Source of the DNA: an uncultured cyanobacterium
GTDB lineage: Bacteria; Cyanobacteriota; Cyanobacteriia; Cyanobacteriales; Nostocaceae
Direction: 5' to 3'
Assembly (NCBI GenBank): GCA_963740315.1
Contig: CAVUDP010000002.1
Span: 2,112,001-2,176,000, forward strand
Length of the DNA: 64,000 nucleotides
The translations under genes were made by a program, and so were the position numbers. Shown here piece by piece: positions 1 to 9,646 of this stretch. The notes beneath the pieces are model-generated. The model did not search any database. It worked only from the letters and a program-made list of their open reading frames with translations, and had not been told where the DNA came from. How positions within the stretch are numbered: the stretch's first letter is position 1; the number at the start of each line of letters is the position of its first letter.

Positions 1-1149
1 CTTATTTTTCTTCAACTTAGTCGCAGCAGCACCAAGCGCAAATACACCTAAACCTAATAAAGTTGTAGGTTCGGGTACTTTCTTGGCAGCGTCATGACGG
101 TCAACATTCAACACCTGTACGCGCCCGGTGAAGAAATCACCTACATAAACTTTGCCATCGTTGTAGCTCAAGCCACCACTCCAGTTAAATTTACCTGGCT
201 CTAAATCGGCAGGGTTAGTCGCAATAGGTGGCTCTCCAGGTCCGGGAGGTCCGGGATTTTCTACAGGTTCGCCAAATACACTCAAGAAATTACCTTCTTT
301 GTCAAATACCTGAACGCGGCTGTTTTGAGAATCTGCTACGTAGATATTATCGAATTCATCTACATCAATACCGATTGGCTCGTTAAATTGACCTAATTCC
401 GTACCTTCAGTACCAAAGGCATAAAGGAAGTTTTCTTCGGAATCAAGTACCTGAATCCGGTTATTAAACTGGTCATTTATGTAAATATTGCCAGTATTTT
501 GAGATATAGCTAAACCAGCAGGTCCATCAAACTGTCCGGGTTCGTTACCCAAGCCGCCATAGGTTTTAACTAATTCGCCATCTCTACCGTAAACCTTTAC
601 TACGTCAGCGCTAAAATCTGTTACGTGTAAGTTTCCCTGCTGGTCGAAATCTATACCGCCAGGACCGAAGAACAAATCGCCAGGTCCTTGACCGCTAAAC
701 GAACCGAAGGAAGTTACGAATTCCCCAGTCTCAGGGTTATATACGTCGATTTCGCTGTTAAAAACGTCAGCTACGTATAAGTTGCCGCTGATGGGATCGA
801 ATTTCAAATCTCCTGGTTCGTCTATACCCTCTCCTTTTTGCCCGGTAAGACCGAATCCAACAGCCTTGAGATATTCACCATCGGGGCTGAATACACTTAC
901 ACTGTTACCAACTACAGGTACAAAGCTACCATCTTCTGGGTTAACACCGCGACCGTTACTTACATAGATATTGCCGTCAGCATTGCTTTTTGCAACACCT
1001 TGGGGAACGAAAAGCTGCCCCGGACCAAATCCCGGCTCGCCAATTTGGGTATCGAATGTCAGGTTTATTGCTTTAGCTTCGGCAGTCGCTGCCAAAACCA
1101 TAAATCCCGCACTCGCAACCGCTAATGATACATTTTTGACAATTTGCAT
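1..1149 (-). CDS. scyF: Scytonemin biosynthesis protein ScyF (NHL-repeat beta-propeller, PEP-CTERM); 3' end runs off the window
   Basis: Manual translation, absent from the ORF track: MQIVKNVSLAVASAGFMVLAATAEAKAINLTFDTQIGEPGFGPGQLFVPQG... ending ...KKVPEPTTLLGLGVFALGAAATKLKKNK. Signal peptide, NHL-like repeats, VPEP sorting motif; follows scyE. Confidence 0.9.
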   Translation of the reverse strand, partial: MQIVKNVSLAVASAGFMVLAATAEAKAINLTFDTQIGEPGFGPGQLFVPQGVAKSNADGNIYVSNGRGVNPEDGSFVPVVGNSVSVFSPDGEYLKAVGFGLTGQKGEGIDEPGDLKFDPISGNLYVADVFNSEIDVYNPETGEFVTSFGSFSGQGPGDLFFGPGGIDFDQQGNLHVTDFSADVVKVYGRDGELVKTYGGLGNEPGQFDGPAGLAISQNTGNIYINDQFNNRIQVLDSEENFLYAFGTEGTELGQFNEPIGIDVDEFDNIYVADSQNSRVQVFDKEGNFLSVFGEPVENPGPPGPGEPPIATNPADLEPGKFNWSGGLSYNDGKVYVGDFFTGRVQVLNVDRHDAAKKVPEPTTLLGLGVFALGAAATKLKKNK

Positions 1150-1294
1150 GGTTGAAAATCCTGAGATGAATAGTTATACTTTTGATTAGGTATTGTGTCC
1201 GGGTCTTGACCTGGAACTGTTACAGTAAGTTGCTGCTCATTTCCTAAAACAGCAACTTGCTGTTTTTTTTACTTAGTAAGTTCTAAGTATTTAT

Positions 1295-1337
1295 AACTGC
1301 TAACTGTTAACTGTTAACTGTTAACTGTTAACTGTTA
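1295..1337. repeat. STRR heptamer tract (TAACTGT)n
   Basis: Tandem taactgt units at the scyE stop. Confidence 0.85.
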
Positions 1338-2783
1338 AAGAACTTCAACCTTGTCCAAAATTTCTTCTAGCTTCTCTTCCTGACGCTTGCGCTTGCCGTA
1401 TTTGGAAGCCGCACCAGCCGCAGCGACACCTAATAAACCAATTATGGAAGCAGGTTCGGGAACTTTTGTGGGTTTGTTACCACCTTTACCTAAGTCAATC
1501 TTGACTAATTGACCTTGTTCTGCTAAGCGAGCGCGGTTTGCGGTATACAAAGCACCATCGCGATAAGTTAAACCGGAAGCAGCTTCTAATCCGTTACCAT
1601 TCCAGATTGTTTCGCGTGTTCCGTCAGCAGAAACTTTGATAATCGAACTGCTGATATCGCCGATTACTTCACCACCTTGAAGAATGTTTTTCCACTCCGA
1701 GGTGTTCATGTGTTGCAATACGTACAAGTTGTCATCTTCGTCGTATGCGACACCAGTTAACTGAGTAAAGCCGTCACCACCCTTGGTATATTTCTCGTTT
1801 ATATTCAAATCATCGTCAACTGAATATAAACGCGCTCTACCTTCTGGATAGGGGAAGTAGGAGTATTCAGCTACTGTGAAATCACCGTCGGGAGATTGAA
1901 CAATTCCTGTAGGTACTGATTGGAAAGTGATCGGAAAATCTTGACTTGTTTCTTCTCCTTCTAATCCTGGAGGTGGACCGCTTGGTGCTTCTCCACCTTG
2001 ACCGTTGATTGCTGGTAATCCAGGAGCATCTGATGGTTGTTCGCCGTCGGGAATTTCACCTGGGGGTTCAAAGCTAGGAAACTCAAGTTCGCTTTGGTCA
2101 ACTGGTAGTATGGGGAACGCTGCTACTTTCTCAATACCGCCAGTGTCTAATGCTGTCTTCCAAATGACGTTGGCACCACCATCAACTACGTAAGCAGTAT
2201 TATCCTTAATCGTCATCGCGTAAGGATTAGTAATGAGGTCAGTACCATCGGGGTTGAAGTCTACTTCGTACTGAGCAAAATCAGCAACTTCTCTTCCTAA
2301 CGCACCATTTACTAAATCAACTTCAAATAATTTTCCGAGGTTAGGAGTCTGTAAAATATCACCACTGGTAGCAGGGTTGCCTGCATAACCCATCAACAGA
2401 TAACCATTTCCTTTGCCATCAAATTTGAAGTCCGCAGGACCTGCTGCTTGTTCTCCAAAAGGTGTTAAAGCTAGAGATCCAAGGTCTGGAATTACTGTTT
2501 GCTTGCTTCCGTCGGTACCGATTTTAAGTAAAGAACCTGTACTACCCGCACACAAAGGAATAAATTGCGAACTTGGTGATGGAACGCATCTTCCATCTTC
2601 TCCATCGCCACCTTTACCGCTGGTTGTCAGGTAAATACTGCCGTCGGCTCCAAAGTCGAAGTTACGAGGGTTATCAAGTCCGTCAGCTAATACTGACAGC
2701 GAGATTGCTTGTGCTGCTGTTGCTCCGAAAACGGAACTAACGGTTACACCAAAAAGTGCTAGAGCAATTGACTTAAATTTCAT
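1335..2783 (-). CDS. scyE: ScyD/ScyE family secreted beta-propeller protein ScyE with PEP-CTERM
   Basis: Signal peptide (AAQA), LADGLDNPR, QSVPTG, FPYPEG and C-terminal VPEP-TM-basic tail; position in the scy cluster. Confidence 0.88.
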   Translation of the reverse strand: MKFKSIALALFGVTVSSVFGATAAQAISLSVLADGLDNPRNFDFGADGSIYLTTSGKGGDGEDGRCVPSPSSQFIPLCAGSTGSLLKIGTDGSKQTVIPDLGSLALTPFGEQAAGPADFKFDGKGNGYLLMGYAGNPATSGDILQTPNLGKLFEVDLVNGALGREVADFAQYEVDFNPDGTDLITNPYAMTIKDNTAYVVDGGANVIWKTALDTGGIEKVAAFPILPVDQSELEFPSFEPPGEIPDGEQPSDAPGLPAINGQGGEAPSGPPPGLEGEETSQDFPITFQSVPTGIVQSPDGDFTVAEYSYFPYPEGRARLYSVDDDLNINEKYTKGGDGFTQLTGVAYDEDDNLYVLQHMNTSEWKNILQGGEVIGDISSSIIKVSADGTRETIWNGNGLEAASGLTYRDGALYTANRARLAEQGQLVKIDLGKGGNKPTKVPEPASIIGLLGVAAAGAASKYGKRKRQEEKLEEILDKVEVL

Positions 2784-2960
2784 ATGTTTGTGAAATTGAT
2801 TAGTAGTTTATGGAATAAATGCGGTTCTTTAAAGAACAGCCCCAATTGTTGGGATATGAATATCAAGCATATCGATCGGACTGAAACTTATTGTCCGGTA
2901 TACCACATTAGAGGGCTATCTAATATTACATTTAATTTGTAGACAAGCCATAACGCGCTA

Positions 2961-4094
2961 TTAAATATGACCGGAAATATTTTTTGGATTCTCAACCCGA
3001 ATTACCTGTCCGCTTCCCGGACGACCACCTTGGTTGAGGATATAAAAAGCACCATCAGACCCGATTGTGAGGGCGGAAGGCGATTCTAATCCATCACCCT
3101 CAATGAGAGTTTTACGTTCGCCGTTAGGATCGATTTGAATCAATGCTCCATCTGGTTTTCCTTTCCATCCTGACTGATTCATATGTTGCAAAACATACAA
3201 ACTACCCTCGGCATCAAAAGCCATATCTATTAATTGTGTAAATCCATCAGCGAAAACTTTAACTTCGCCGCTTACATCAATTCGATAGATTTTTGCGCCG
3301 CCTTCTGGGAAGGGAAAACCAGTGAATTCGCAAACGTAATAAGCTCCATCCAGACCTTTGACTACATCTGTAGGTACCGATTGAATCGACACCTGCGATG
3401 GCGCTTGAGGATAATCACCAGGGGCTGGTACGTGTCCTCGGTCAAAATTCTGCGATTTAGCGCCGGGAAATATTGGATTAGTTAATATCTGATTGGGAAT
3501 CTCAACAATTTTCTCTAAATTGCTGCCGTCAGTATTTATGCTGATGATGCTGTTCGTTCCCGCATCAACTATTACCAGTTTATTGTTATCTACGTAGAAA
3601 GACAAGGGATTGCTAGCAATTTCACAATCCCTTGACAAAATCTTGTTAGTAACTTCATAATTAGAGATATCCGCTATACTTGACCAAGTACTTGTACTCA
3701 AATCGCAAGTAACTACTTTTCCCAAGTCAGTATCGCCGAGGGCAGAACGCAAAGCTGGATTAGCTGCATACCCCAACAGAACATAAGCCTTTCCATTTGC
3801 ATCAAACTTGATATCGTGAGGACCCGCAGCACCCGTACCGTCTGCAAACGCCACCGAGGGTAATCCTGTCAAAACACGTTTAACAGTGCCATTTTCAATT
3901 TTGCTAATGGCACCGCTATTACCGTAATTTAAATTTCCTTGACCGCTAGGAGAAGGAACTGAGGCTCCATCTCCACCAATCCCTGCTTCTGCAACATATA
4001 GACTACCATCAGGAGCAAATGTCAGTCCTTTGGGATTGTCTAAATTTTCGGCAAGTATTTTAAAAGATTTATTTGTAATTAGTTGTACTGTCAT
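2961..4094 (-). CDS. scyD: ScyD/ScyE family protein ScyD
   Basis: LAENLDNPKGLTF, QSVPTDV and EFTGFPFPEGGA motifs; paralogous to ScyE; between scyC and scyE. Confidence 0.85.
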   Translation of the reverse strand: MTVQLITNKSFKILAENLDNPKGLTFAPDGSLYVAEAGIGGDGASVPSPSGQGNLNYGNSGAISKIENGTVKRVLTGLPSVAFADGTGAAGPHDIKFDANGKAYVLLGYAANPALRSALGDTDLGKVVTCDLSTSTWSSIADISNYEVTNKILSRDCEIASNPLSFYVDNNKLVIVDAGTNSIISINTDGSNLEKIVEIPNQILTNPIFPGAKSQNFDRGHVPAPGDYPQAPSQVSIQSVPTDVVKGLDGAYYVCEFTGFPFPEGGAKIYRIDVSGEVKVFADGFTQLIDMAFDAEGSLYVLQHMNQSGWKGKPDGALIQIDPNGERKTLIEGDGLESPSALTIGSDGAFYILNQGGRPGSGQVIRVENPKNISGHI

Positions 4095-4257
4095 TGATGA
4101 ACGATAAATTACTTAACTTTACTCAAAAAAATAGTAAAAAAAGCACCCCGATTTTCTCTCAAAATAAATCTAATTTATTGAATTTAATATTAGATTTATA
4201 ATTTGAGATTTTTTAGGAAATCAAAAACAAATGCATCCGTTGTTAAAATCCAAAATT

Positions 4258-5208
4258 CTATTGCGGAATATAGCTCATTCCTCTATTAAAGCTTTCCATA
4301 TTACCAGCTTTACTTTCCAGCATCCGCTTGATGTTCATGCTTTCAGCGCCCAAATCTTCAATTTGCAGCTTACCATGAACTTGAGATTTATCTGACTTCC
4401 AGAAACTGATTCTATGCATGATAAAACCTCGTGCTTCAGGATCTGCAAATGCATAAGAAGCTGGTATTAACAGCATGGGAGTGCGCTGATAATATTCGTG
4501 TTCTGGATAGTAAAACTCTTGTTCGAGTAAATAAAATTTGCTCAAACTGTGTAACTGCACGCTCGCTTTGACTTTCTGGTTATATTCATCTCTAAACTCA
4601 CCCTCAGAGGCAGAAATCTCACCATCCGGTTTAAGCAAATGCGCCCATTCGTCCATATTCCGCAAATCTTGTAGAAATTCGATACCCATTTCAATTGGAG
4701 CATCAACGTAGATAGTGTCAGTATCTACAAAATGCTTTCCTTTTGCTGCGGAAGTAAAACCTTCTTTGCGCTCTAGATTTGCTTTAAGCGATCGACACTC
4801 AGAAGTATGAACTGTATGAATGCCTTGCATAATCATTCCAGTTTGCCGTTTTGGATCGACAAAACTTAACCAGTGGAAATAGACTCCTTTTTCGTCAGTT
4901 CCCGGTTCTATATAATCGGTAGGGAAAAGCAATACTGGGTAAACTTGGTAATATTTTTGATATTCCAATCCACAATGCCATTCGATGCCGTAAAATTTAG
5001 GATTTTCTAGCTTTTTGACGTGATAGTAAAGGTCTTCATGATACCCAGAAGCTGTTCCCCTATAGGTATCCTCATCAATTTTTTCTTTCATTCGGCTAAA
5101 TAGCGTCCATTCATCCAAATTCTTTAAACTACAAAGATAGTCAAAAGCTGTTTTTGGTGAAGTTGCTATATAAGCTGATGTCGCAAACGTATTTTTTTCC
5201 ATTGTCAC
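4258..5208 (-). CDS. scyC: Scytonemin biosynthesis cyclase/decarboxylase ScyC
   Basis: Duplicated SRPBCC-like halves (YLCSLKNLDEW / FLQDLRNMDEW); directly after scyB. Confidence 0.92.
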   Translation of the reverse strand: MTMEKNTFATSAYIATSPKTAFDYLCSLKNLDEWTLFSRMKEKIDEDTYRGTASGYHEDLYYHVKKLENPKFYGIEWHCGLEYQKYYQVYPVLLFPTDYIEPGTDEKGVYFHWLSFVDPKRQTGMIMQGIHTVHTSECRSLKANLERKEGFTSAAKGKHFVDTDTIYVDAPIEMGIEFLQDLRNMDEWAHLLKPDGEISASEGEFRDEYNQKVKASVQLHSLSKFYLLEQEFYYPEHEYYQRTPMLLIPASYAFADPEARGFIMHRISFWKSDKSQVHGKLQIEDLGAESMNIKRMLESKAGNMESFNRGMSYIPQ

Positions 5209-5215
5209 CCTTTTA

Positions 5216-5258
5216 CAGTTATCAGTTATCAGTTATCAGTTATCAGTTATCAGTTATC
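5216..5258. repeat. STRR heptamer tract (CAGTTAT)n
   Basis: About 6 tandem cagttat units between scyB and scyC. Confidence 0.85.
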
Positions 5259-5285
5259 ACCCGGAGGGTGTGGATCGTAAATTAT

Positions 5286-6368
5286 TTAATGTTTACCGTT
5301 ACTTGATGTAGAAGTTGCCAAAACTTTTTTGAGATTTTTAGCATTAGCAATTCTTTCTTCTGCTAGCTGCTTTGAAGCTGCATCTGTGGTAATTTGCTGG
5401 TTTTCGGCTCGGTCGAAAATCTCATGCAAGGTATTATAGATATTTCTTACTTGCTTAAAGGCTTTTTCTTCGTTATAACCAATCATTTCGTTATAAACGT
5501 TGATTAATCCTCCAGCATTAATTACATAATCGGGAGCATACAAAATGCCTTTTTCTACAAGCATCATTCCGTCTGCTTTTTCTTCACCAAGCTGGTTGTT
5601 TGCAGCACCGGCGATCGCGCTGGCTTTAATTTGAGGAATTGTCTCGCTATTCAGAATTCCACCTAAAGCACAAGGAGAAAATACATCTACATCTAGTCCG
5701 TAGATTTCTGAAGGTTCTACCACCGTCGCACCAAAGAGATGCTTGATTTCCTCGGTTCTCACTTGATTAATATCGGTAACATACAGCTTTGCACCGTTTT
5801 CATGTAAATGACGGCAAAGGTTTGTACCAACATTCCCCAATCCCTGAACTGCGACTCTGAGTCCTTTTAAGTCGGAGGTTTTTAAGCGAAATTCCACAGC
5901 CGCTTTTAAACCTAAAAATACTCCCCATCCAGTTACAGGTGCAGGTCCACCGGACTTTTCTTCTACACCTACAACATGATCGGTTTCTCGACTAATTTTT
6001 CTCACATCTTCCGGGGTCATATTCACATCTTGACCCGTAATAAAACGTCCGTTCAAGCTGTTGACAAAACGCCCGTAAGCATATAAAAGTTCGTCAGTTT
6101 TATCTTTGGGATTACCAATAATTACAGCTTTACCTCCACCAACGGGAATGTTGGCACAAGCAGCTTTATAAGTCATACCTCGACTTAAACGCAAAGCATC
6201 TTTTAAAGCAGCTTCTTCATTGACATAAGGCAACATTCGTGTTGCTCCCATCGCGGGACCTAAACTTGTATCGTGAATCGCAATTATCGCTTTGATATCT
6301 GGGTCTTTACCATTACAAAACAATACTTGCTCGTGACCCATTTCTGTAACATTTTCAAATAGATTCAA
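5286..6368 (-). CDS. scyB: Tryptophan dehydrogenase ScyB (Leu/Phe/Val dehydrogenase family)
   Basis: GGGKAVI, QGLGNVG NAD-binding motif, PDYVINAGG; cluster context. Confidence 0.93.
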   Translation of the reverse strand: MNLFENVTEMGHEQVLFCNGKDPDIKAIIAIHDTSLGPAMGATRMLPYVNEEAALKDALRLSRGMTYKAACANIPVGGGKAVIIGNPKDKTDELLYAYGRFVNSLNGRFITGQDVNMTPEDVRKISRETDHVVGVEEKSGGPAPVTGWGVFLGLKAAVEFRLKTSDLKGLRVAVQGLGNVGTNLCRHLHENGAKLYVTDINQVRTEEIKHLFGATVVEPSEIYGLDVDVFSPCALGGILNSETIPQIKASAIAGAANNQLGEEKADGMMLVEKGILYAPDYVINAGGLINVYNEMIGYNEEKAFKQVRNIYNTLHEIFDRAENQQITTDAASKQLAEERIANAKNLKKVLATSTSSNGKH

Positions 6369-6443
6369 ACTACCTACTCCTCTTAAATTAAATTAATGCG
6401 ATAAAGGTTTATTTAGTTGTTGGTTGTTAGTTGTTAAAACCCC

Positions 6444-6476
6444 TGTGGAAAGACGTAGCAGTGCTACGTCTCTACA
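6444..6476. repeat. Palindromic REP-like element (GTAGAGACG...CGTCTCTAC type)
   Basis: agacgtagca-g-tgctacgtct hairpin; related copies at 33328-33354, 36942-36975 and 52171-52200. Confidence 0.7.
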
Positions 6477-6484
6477 AGAACGAA

Positions 6485-8332
6485 TTAGATATTCGGAAAT
6501 GATGCTTGTACTTTTGGTTTTTGTTCGGAAGTTGCTTTAACTCCTTGAGAAGCCAAACCTTTATTACGTCCTTTGGAAGGAGCAGCCTTATCTGGATCGA
6601 TAAGTACATCAATTACTATCGGACCTGTTGCGGCGATCGCTTTTTCTAATGCTGCTGTAATTTCAGATTCTTGAGTAACTCGAATTCCGTCGGCTCCCAT
6701 TCCCCTTGCAATCATTTGAAAATCTGTCTGAGGGATGATTGCATCTGCACCAGTCATACCTAACATTTTCATGCCTTGATGGCACATATTGTAACGAGAG
6801 TCGTTGAGGACTATCCAAATTGCCGGAATCTGATATTTTACTGCCGTGCTAATTTCGTTATTCATCAACATGGCTCCGTCTCCCACAATGGCGACAGATT
6901 TACCGTTTCTGGCGTGGGCTGCACCCACAACACCAGTCACGGCGTGTCCCATTGCACCAACTCCGGTGCTGACTCGATAGCGATTAGCAGAACTGAATCG
7001 CAATAGATTTGTTGACCAAGTAAAGGAGTTACCGCACTCAGCCATCACAACCGCATCGCTTCCGTCAACAATTACCTTTTGAATCGCTTCCATTAAAACT
7101 TCTGGTCTAATGGGTGATTCTTGTCCGGGTTCTACCGTAGAACGTTCGGGCTTGGGTAAAGATGAAGGTTGAGCCGCTTTGACTCCATTAACTGCTTCGA
7201 TGTCCGTTTCCAGATGACGCAACAGTTGTTTTACAAAGGTTTTGATATCTGACTGAATTCCGATAGTTTCTGCATGAGGATAAGCTACTCCCGGTACGTT
7301 GGGATCTATATCAACATGAATGAAACCTTTTGATGGAACCATGTCAGTATTCCAAAACGATGTTGGTTCGCTCAAACGACTTCCCAATACCAAAGTGCGG
7401 ATGGGAGCCTGTTCTTGCATATATGTCATCGCAGAACCGTGACCACCTAAACCAGTTACACCAATAAATTGAGGATGGTTTTCGGGAAAAATTCCTTTAC
7501 CGCGAGGCGAACACATTACCGCCGCTCCAGTTTTTTCAGCAAACTGACGGATTTCATCAGCTGCATTGCGGGCACCAAATCCCAACCAAATAGCAAATGT
7601 ACCTTCGGCAAGTAACTTAGCTGCATTCGCAACTACTTCGTCACTCGACGATACCAAGGAACAGCTAACACCTTTTTTTGGTATTTGAGTATCGCTCATG
7701 CTCATATTTTGTACGGCGGTAGGTATACTCAAATGAGCTACATACCCTCCTGGCTGAGAAAGTCCCAGCGCAAGTTTACGAAATATTTGCGGTAATTGGG
7801 CGGCGGATTCCACTGTGCTAGCATAATTAAACACCGTACCCGTGGTGAAAATACCACTACTGGGTAAAGTGTCGGTACTGGTTTCCTGAATCGCCCACCG
7901 TCCCCGTTGCGGTGCGGAGGTGCAAGCTGACAGCAAAATCACTTTTGCACCTTCGCCACGTGCAGCGAATAACCCGGTTAAAGCATTCGTTATACCCGGT
8001 CCTGCTGTGGTAAATACCACAGTAGGATTACCGCTAGCAAAATAACCTTCGGTAGCGGCGAATGCTGCTCCAGCTTCATGGCGGAAGTTCAGCACTTCTA
8101 CACTACTGTTAGATAAAGCGCCCCACAGTGATGCCATTGCACCTCCTGAAACGCCGTAGGCGGATTTTATCCCCAAACTTTCAAACATCTGCGCTACTGC
8201 ATCGGCAACTGTAATATTTTCGTTGTCGTCAGTGCTTTCGATTTTTTCTGCTTCTATTTCATAGCTTTCATTAAGAACTTCTTTCTGCTGTAGGTTTACA
8301 GGAGAAGCTCTTTTAGTAAAATTTTGAACCAT
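6485..8332 (-). CDS. scyA: ThDP-dependent acyloin synthase ScyA (acetolactate synthase-like)
   Basis: RHEAGAAFAA, TAGPGITN and GDGAMLMNNE ThDP-binding motif; first gene of the scy cluster. Confidence 0.93.
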   Translation of the reverse strand: MVQNFTKRASPVNLQQKEVLNESYEIEAEKIESTDDNENITVADAVAQMFESLGIKSAYGVSGGAMASLWGALSNSSVEVLNFRHEAGAAFAATEGYFASGNPTVVFTTAGPGITNALTGLFAARGEGAKVILLSACTSAPQRGRWAIQETSTDTLPSSGIFTTGTVFNYASTVESAAQLPQIFRKLALGLSQPGGYVAHLSIPTAVQNMSMSDTQIPKKGVSCSLVSSSDEVVANAAKLLAEGTFAIWLGFGARNAADEIRQFAEKTGAAVMCSPRGKGIFPENHPQFIGVTGLGGHGSAMTYMQEQAPIRTLVLGSRLSEPTSFWNTDMVPSKGFIHVDIDPNVPGVAYPHAETIGIQSDIKTFVKQLLRHLETDIEAVNGVKAAQPSSLPKPERSTVEPGQESPIRPEVLMEAIQKVIVDGSDAVVMAECGNSFTWSTNLLRFSSANRYRVSTGVGAMGHAVTGVVGAAHARNGKSVAIVGDGAMLMNNEISTAVKYQIPAIWIVLNDSRYNMCHQGMKMLGMTGADAIIPQTDFQMIARGMGADGIRVTQESEITAALEKAIAATGPIVIDVLIDPDKAAPSKGRNKGLASQGVKATSEQKPKVQASFPNI

Positions 8333-9646
8333 TATTTAATATACGCTCCCTGAACGAGGGTTGGGTGATTAAGATTAACGACTTCTCGGATACGCTTCCA
8401 TTTGCAGCCGAAACAAGGGGTTGTGCTTCCTTACTATTTCCTTATAACTTCACACCCAGCCTTACAAACACCGGGAATGGAAAATTACCACTTTTACTCT
8501 TTGCTGTCTAGAAAAATTTTGACTGGAGAAGCAAAACAACCAAGACTCTGTGTTTATAGAAACAAGCCTACATAAAACTTATAGGTTAAAACAATGAAAA
8601 ATCTTTTGATTGCCTTGTCAATTCTTTTGCTTTTGTTTATATTGCAGATTAATATTACTAATGTATTTGTAGTAAATAGAACTTAAAACAATATTTAACT
8701 ACTGATAAAAATACATCTCAAAGTCTTATATGATACTTAACAAAGCTCTGTTTAGCAGAATATATTGCCGTGTATGCAATAATTAACACCTGTGCTTATT
8801 ATGTGTATATACTGAAGAGAATTTTAGATCGGGCAACTCTCGATAATACCTAAAATTAGAAAAATAAGAGTTGCAATCAAAAAAAATTAACAAATATTAA
8901 ACTATATCTAAAGATAGATGCAGATATATTCTTAATGATATTTTTGTTCTACAAGTATTTCTTGTGACAGATGTTATGCAAGTAGGATTTATTGTTAAAT
9001 TTTTGAAAGAATAATGAGAGAATAAATTAAAGAAAATCAATTAATTCGGTGATAATTTACTCTCACCAAGTCATAATATTTCCCCGTGTTTGTTTCTAAT
9101 TCAGCAAAATCAATGATATATATATATAGTTTGAACTTATTTTATACACAGTAAAAGATTGAAAAAATATGCTTATATCTAACTAGTTTTTCAGCATATA
9201 AATGCACTAGCAGAATTTTTATTTTAAGCTAGAGAAAGCGGTAAACTATAATAAACGATTGATAAACATCTAGTTTAATGCTTGTCTAAATGTTTTTTTT
9301 TCGATTCAATTACATTCCAATTATCTTGAGATCGTTTTAGCTAACTATGGTTCAGAATGGATTGACACTAGTCTCAAAAATTTTATTAATTAATGGGAAA
9401 AATAATAATGCGCGGAAAAAGCGATCGATTATACTCCGAAAAAAAATGTGTCAAATTTGTGAAGTTAATATAAAATATTTTGTAAACTTATATTAATTTT
9501 TTAAGTTTTTTGTTAATTTATTTTAAGTAAAGGAATATAGCAGGCTTATCGCGAAGTAACTTTTCTGTCGGAAACCATCAGCAGTAATGCTCTAGGAATG
9601 TCAGAAACTTATTAGGTGATAACTCGGAATTTGTTAAAAACCGAGC

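Noticed and set aside
782..1189. Three short plus-strand ORFs
   Set aside because: Antisense to scyF, which the ORF track missed because its stop lies outside the window.
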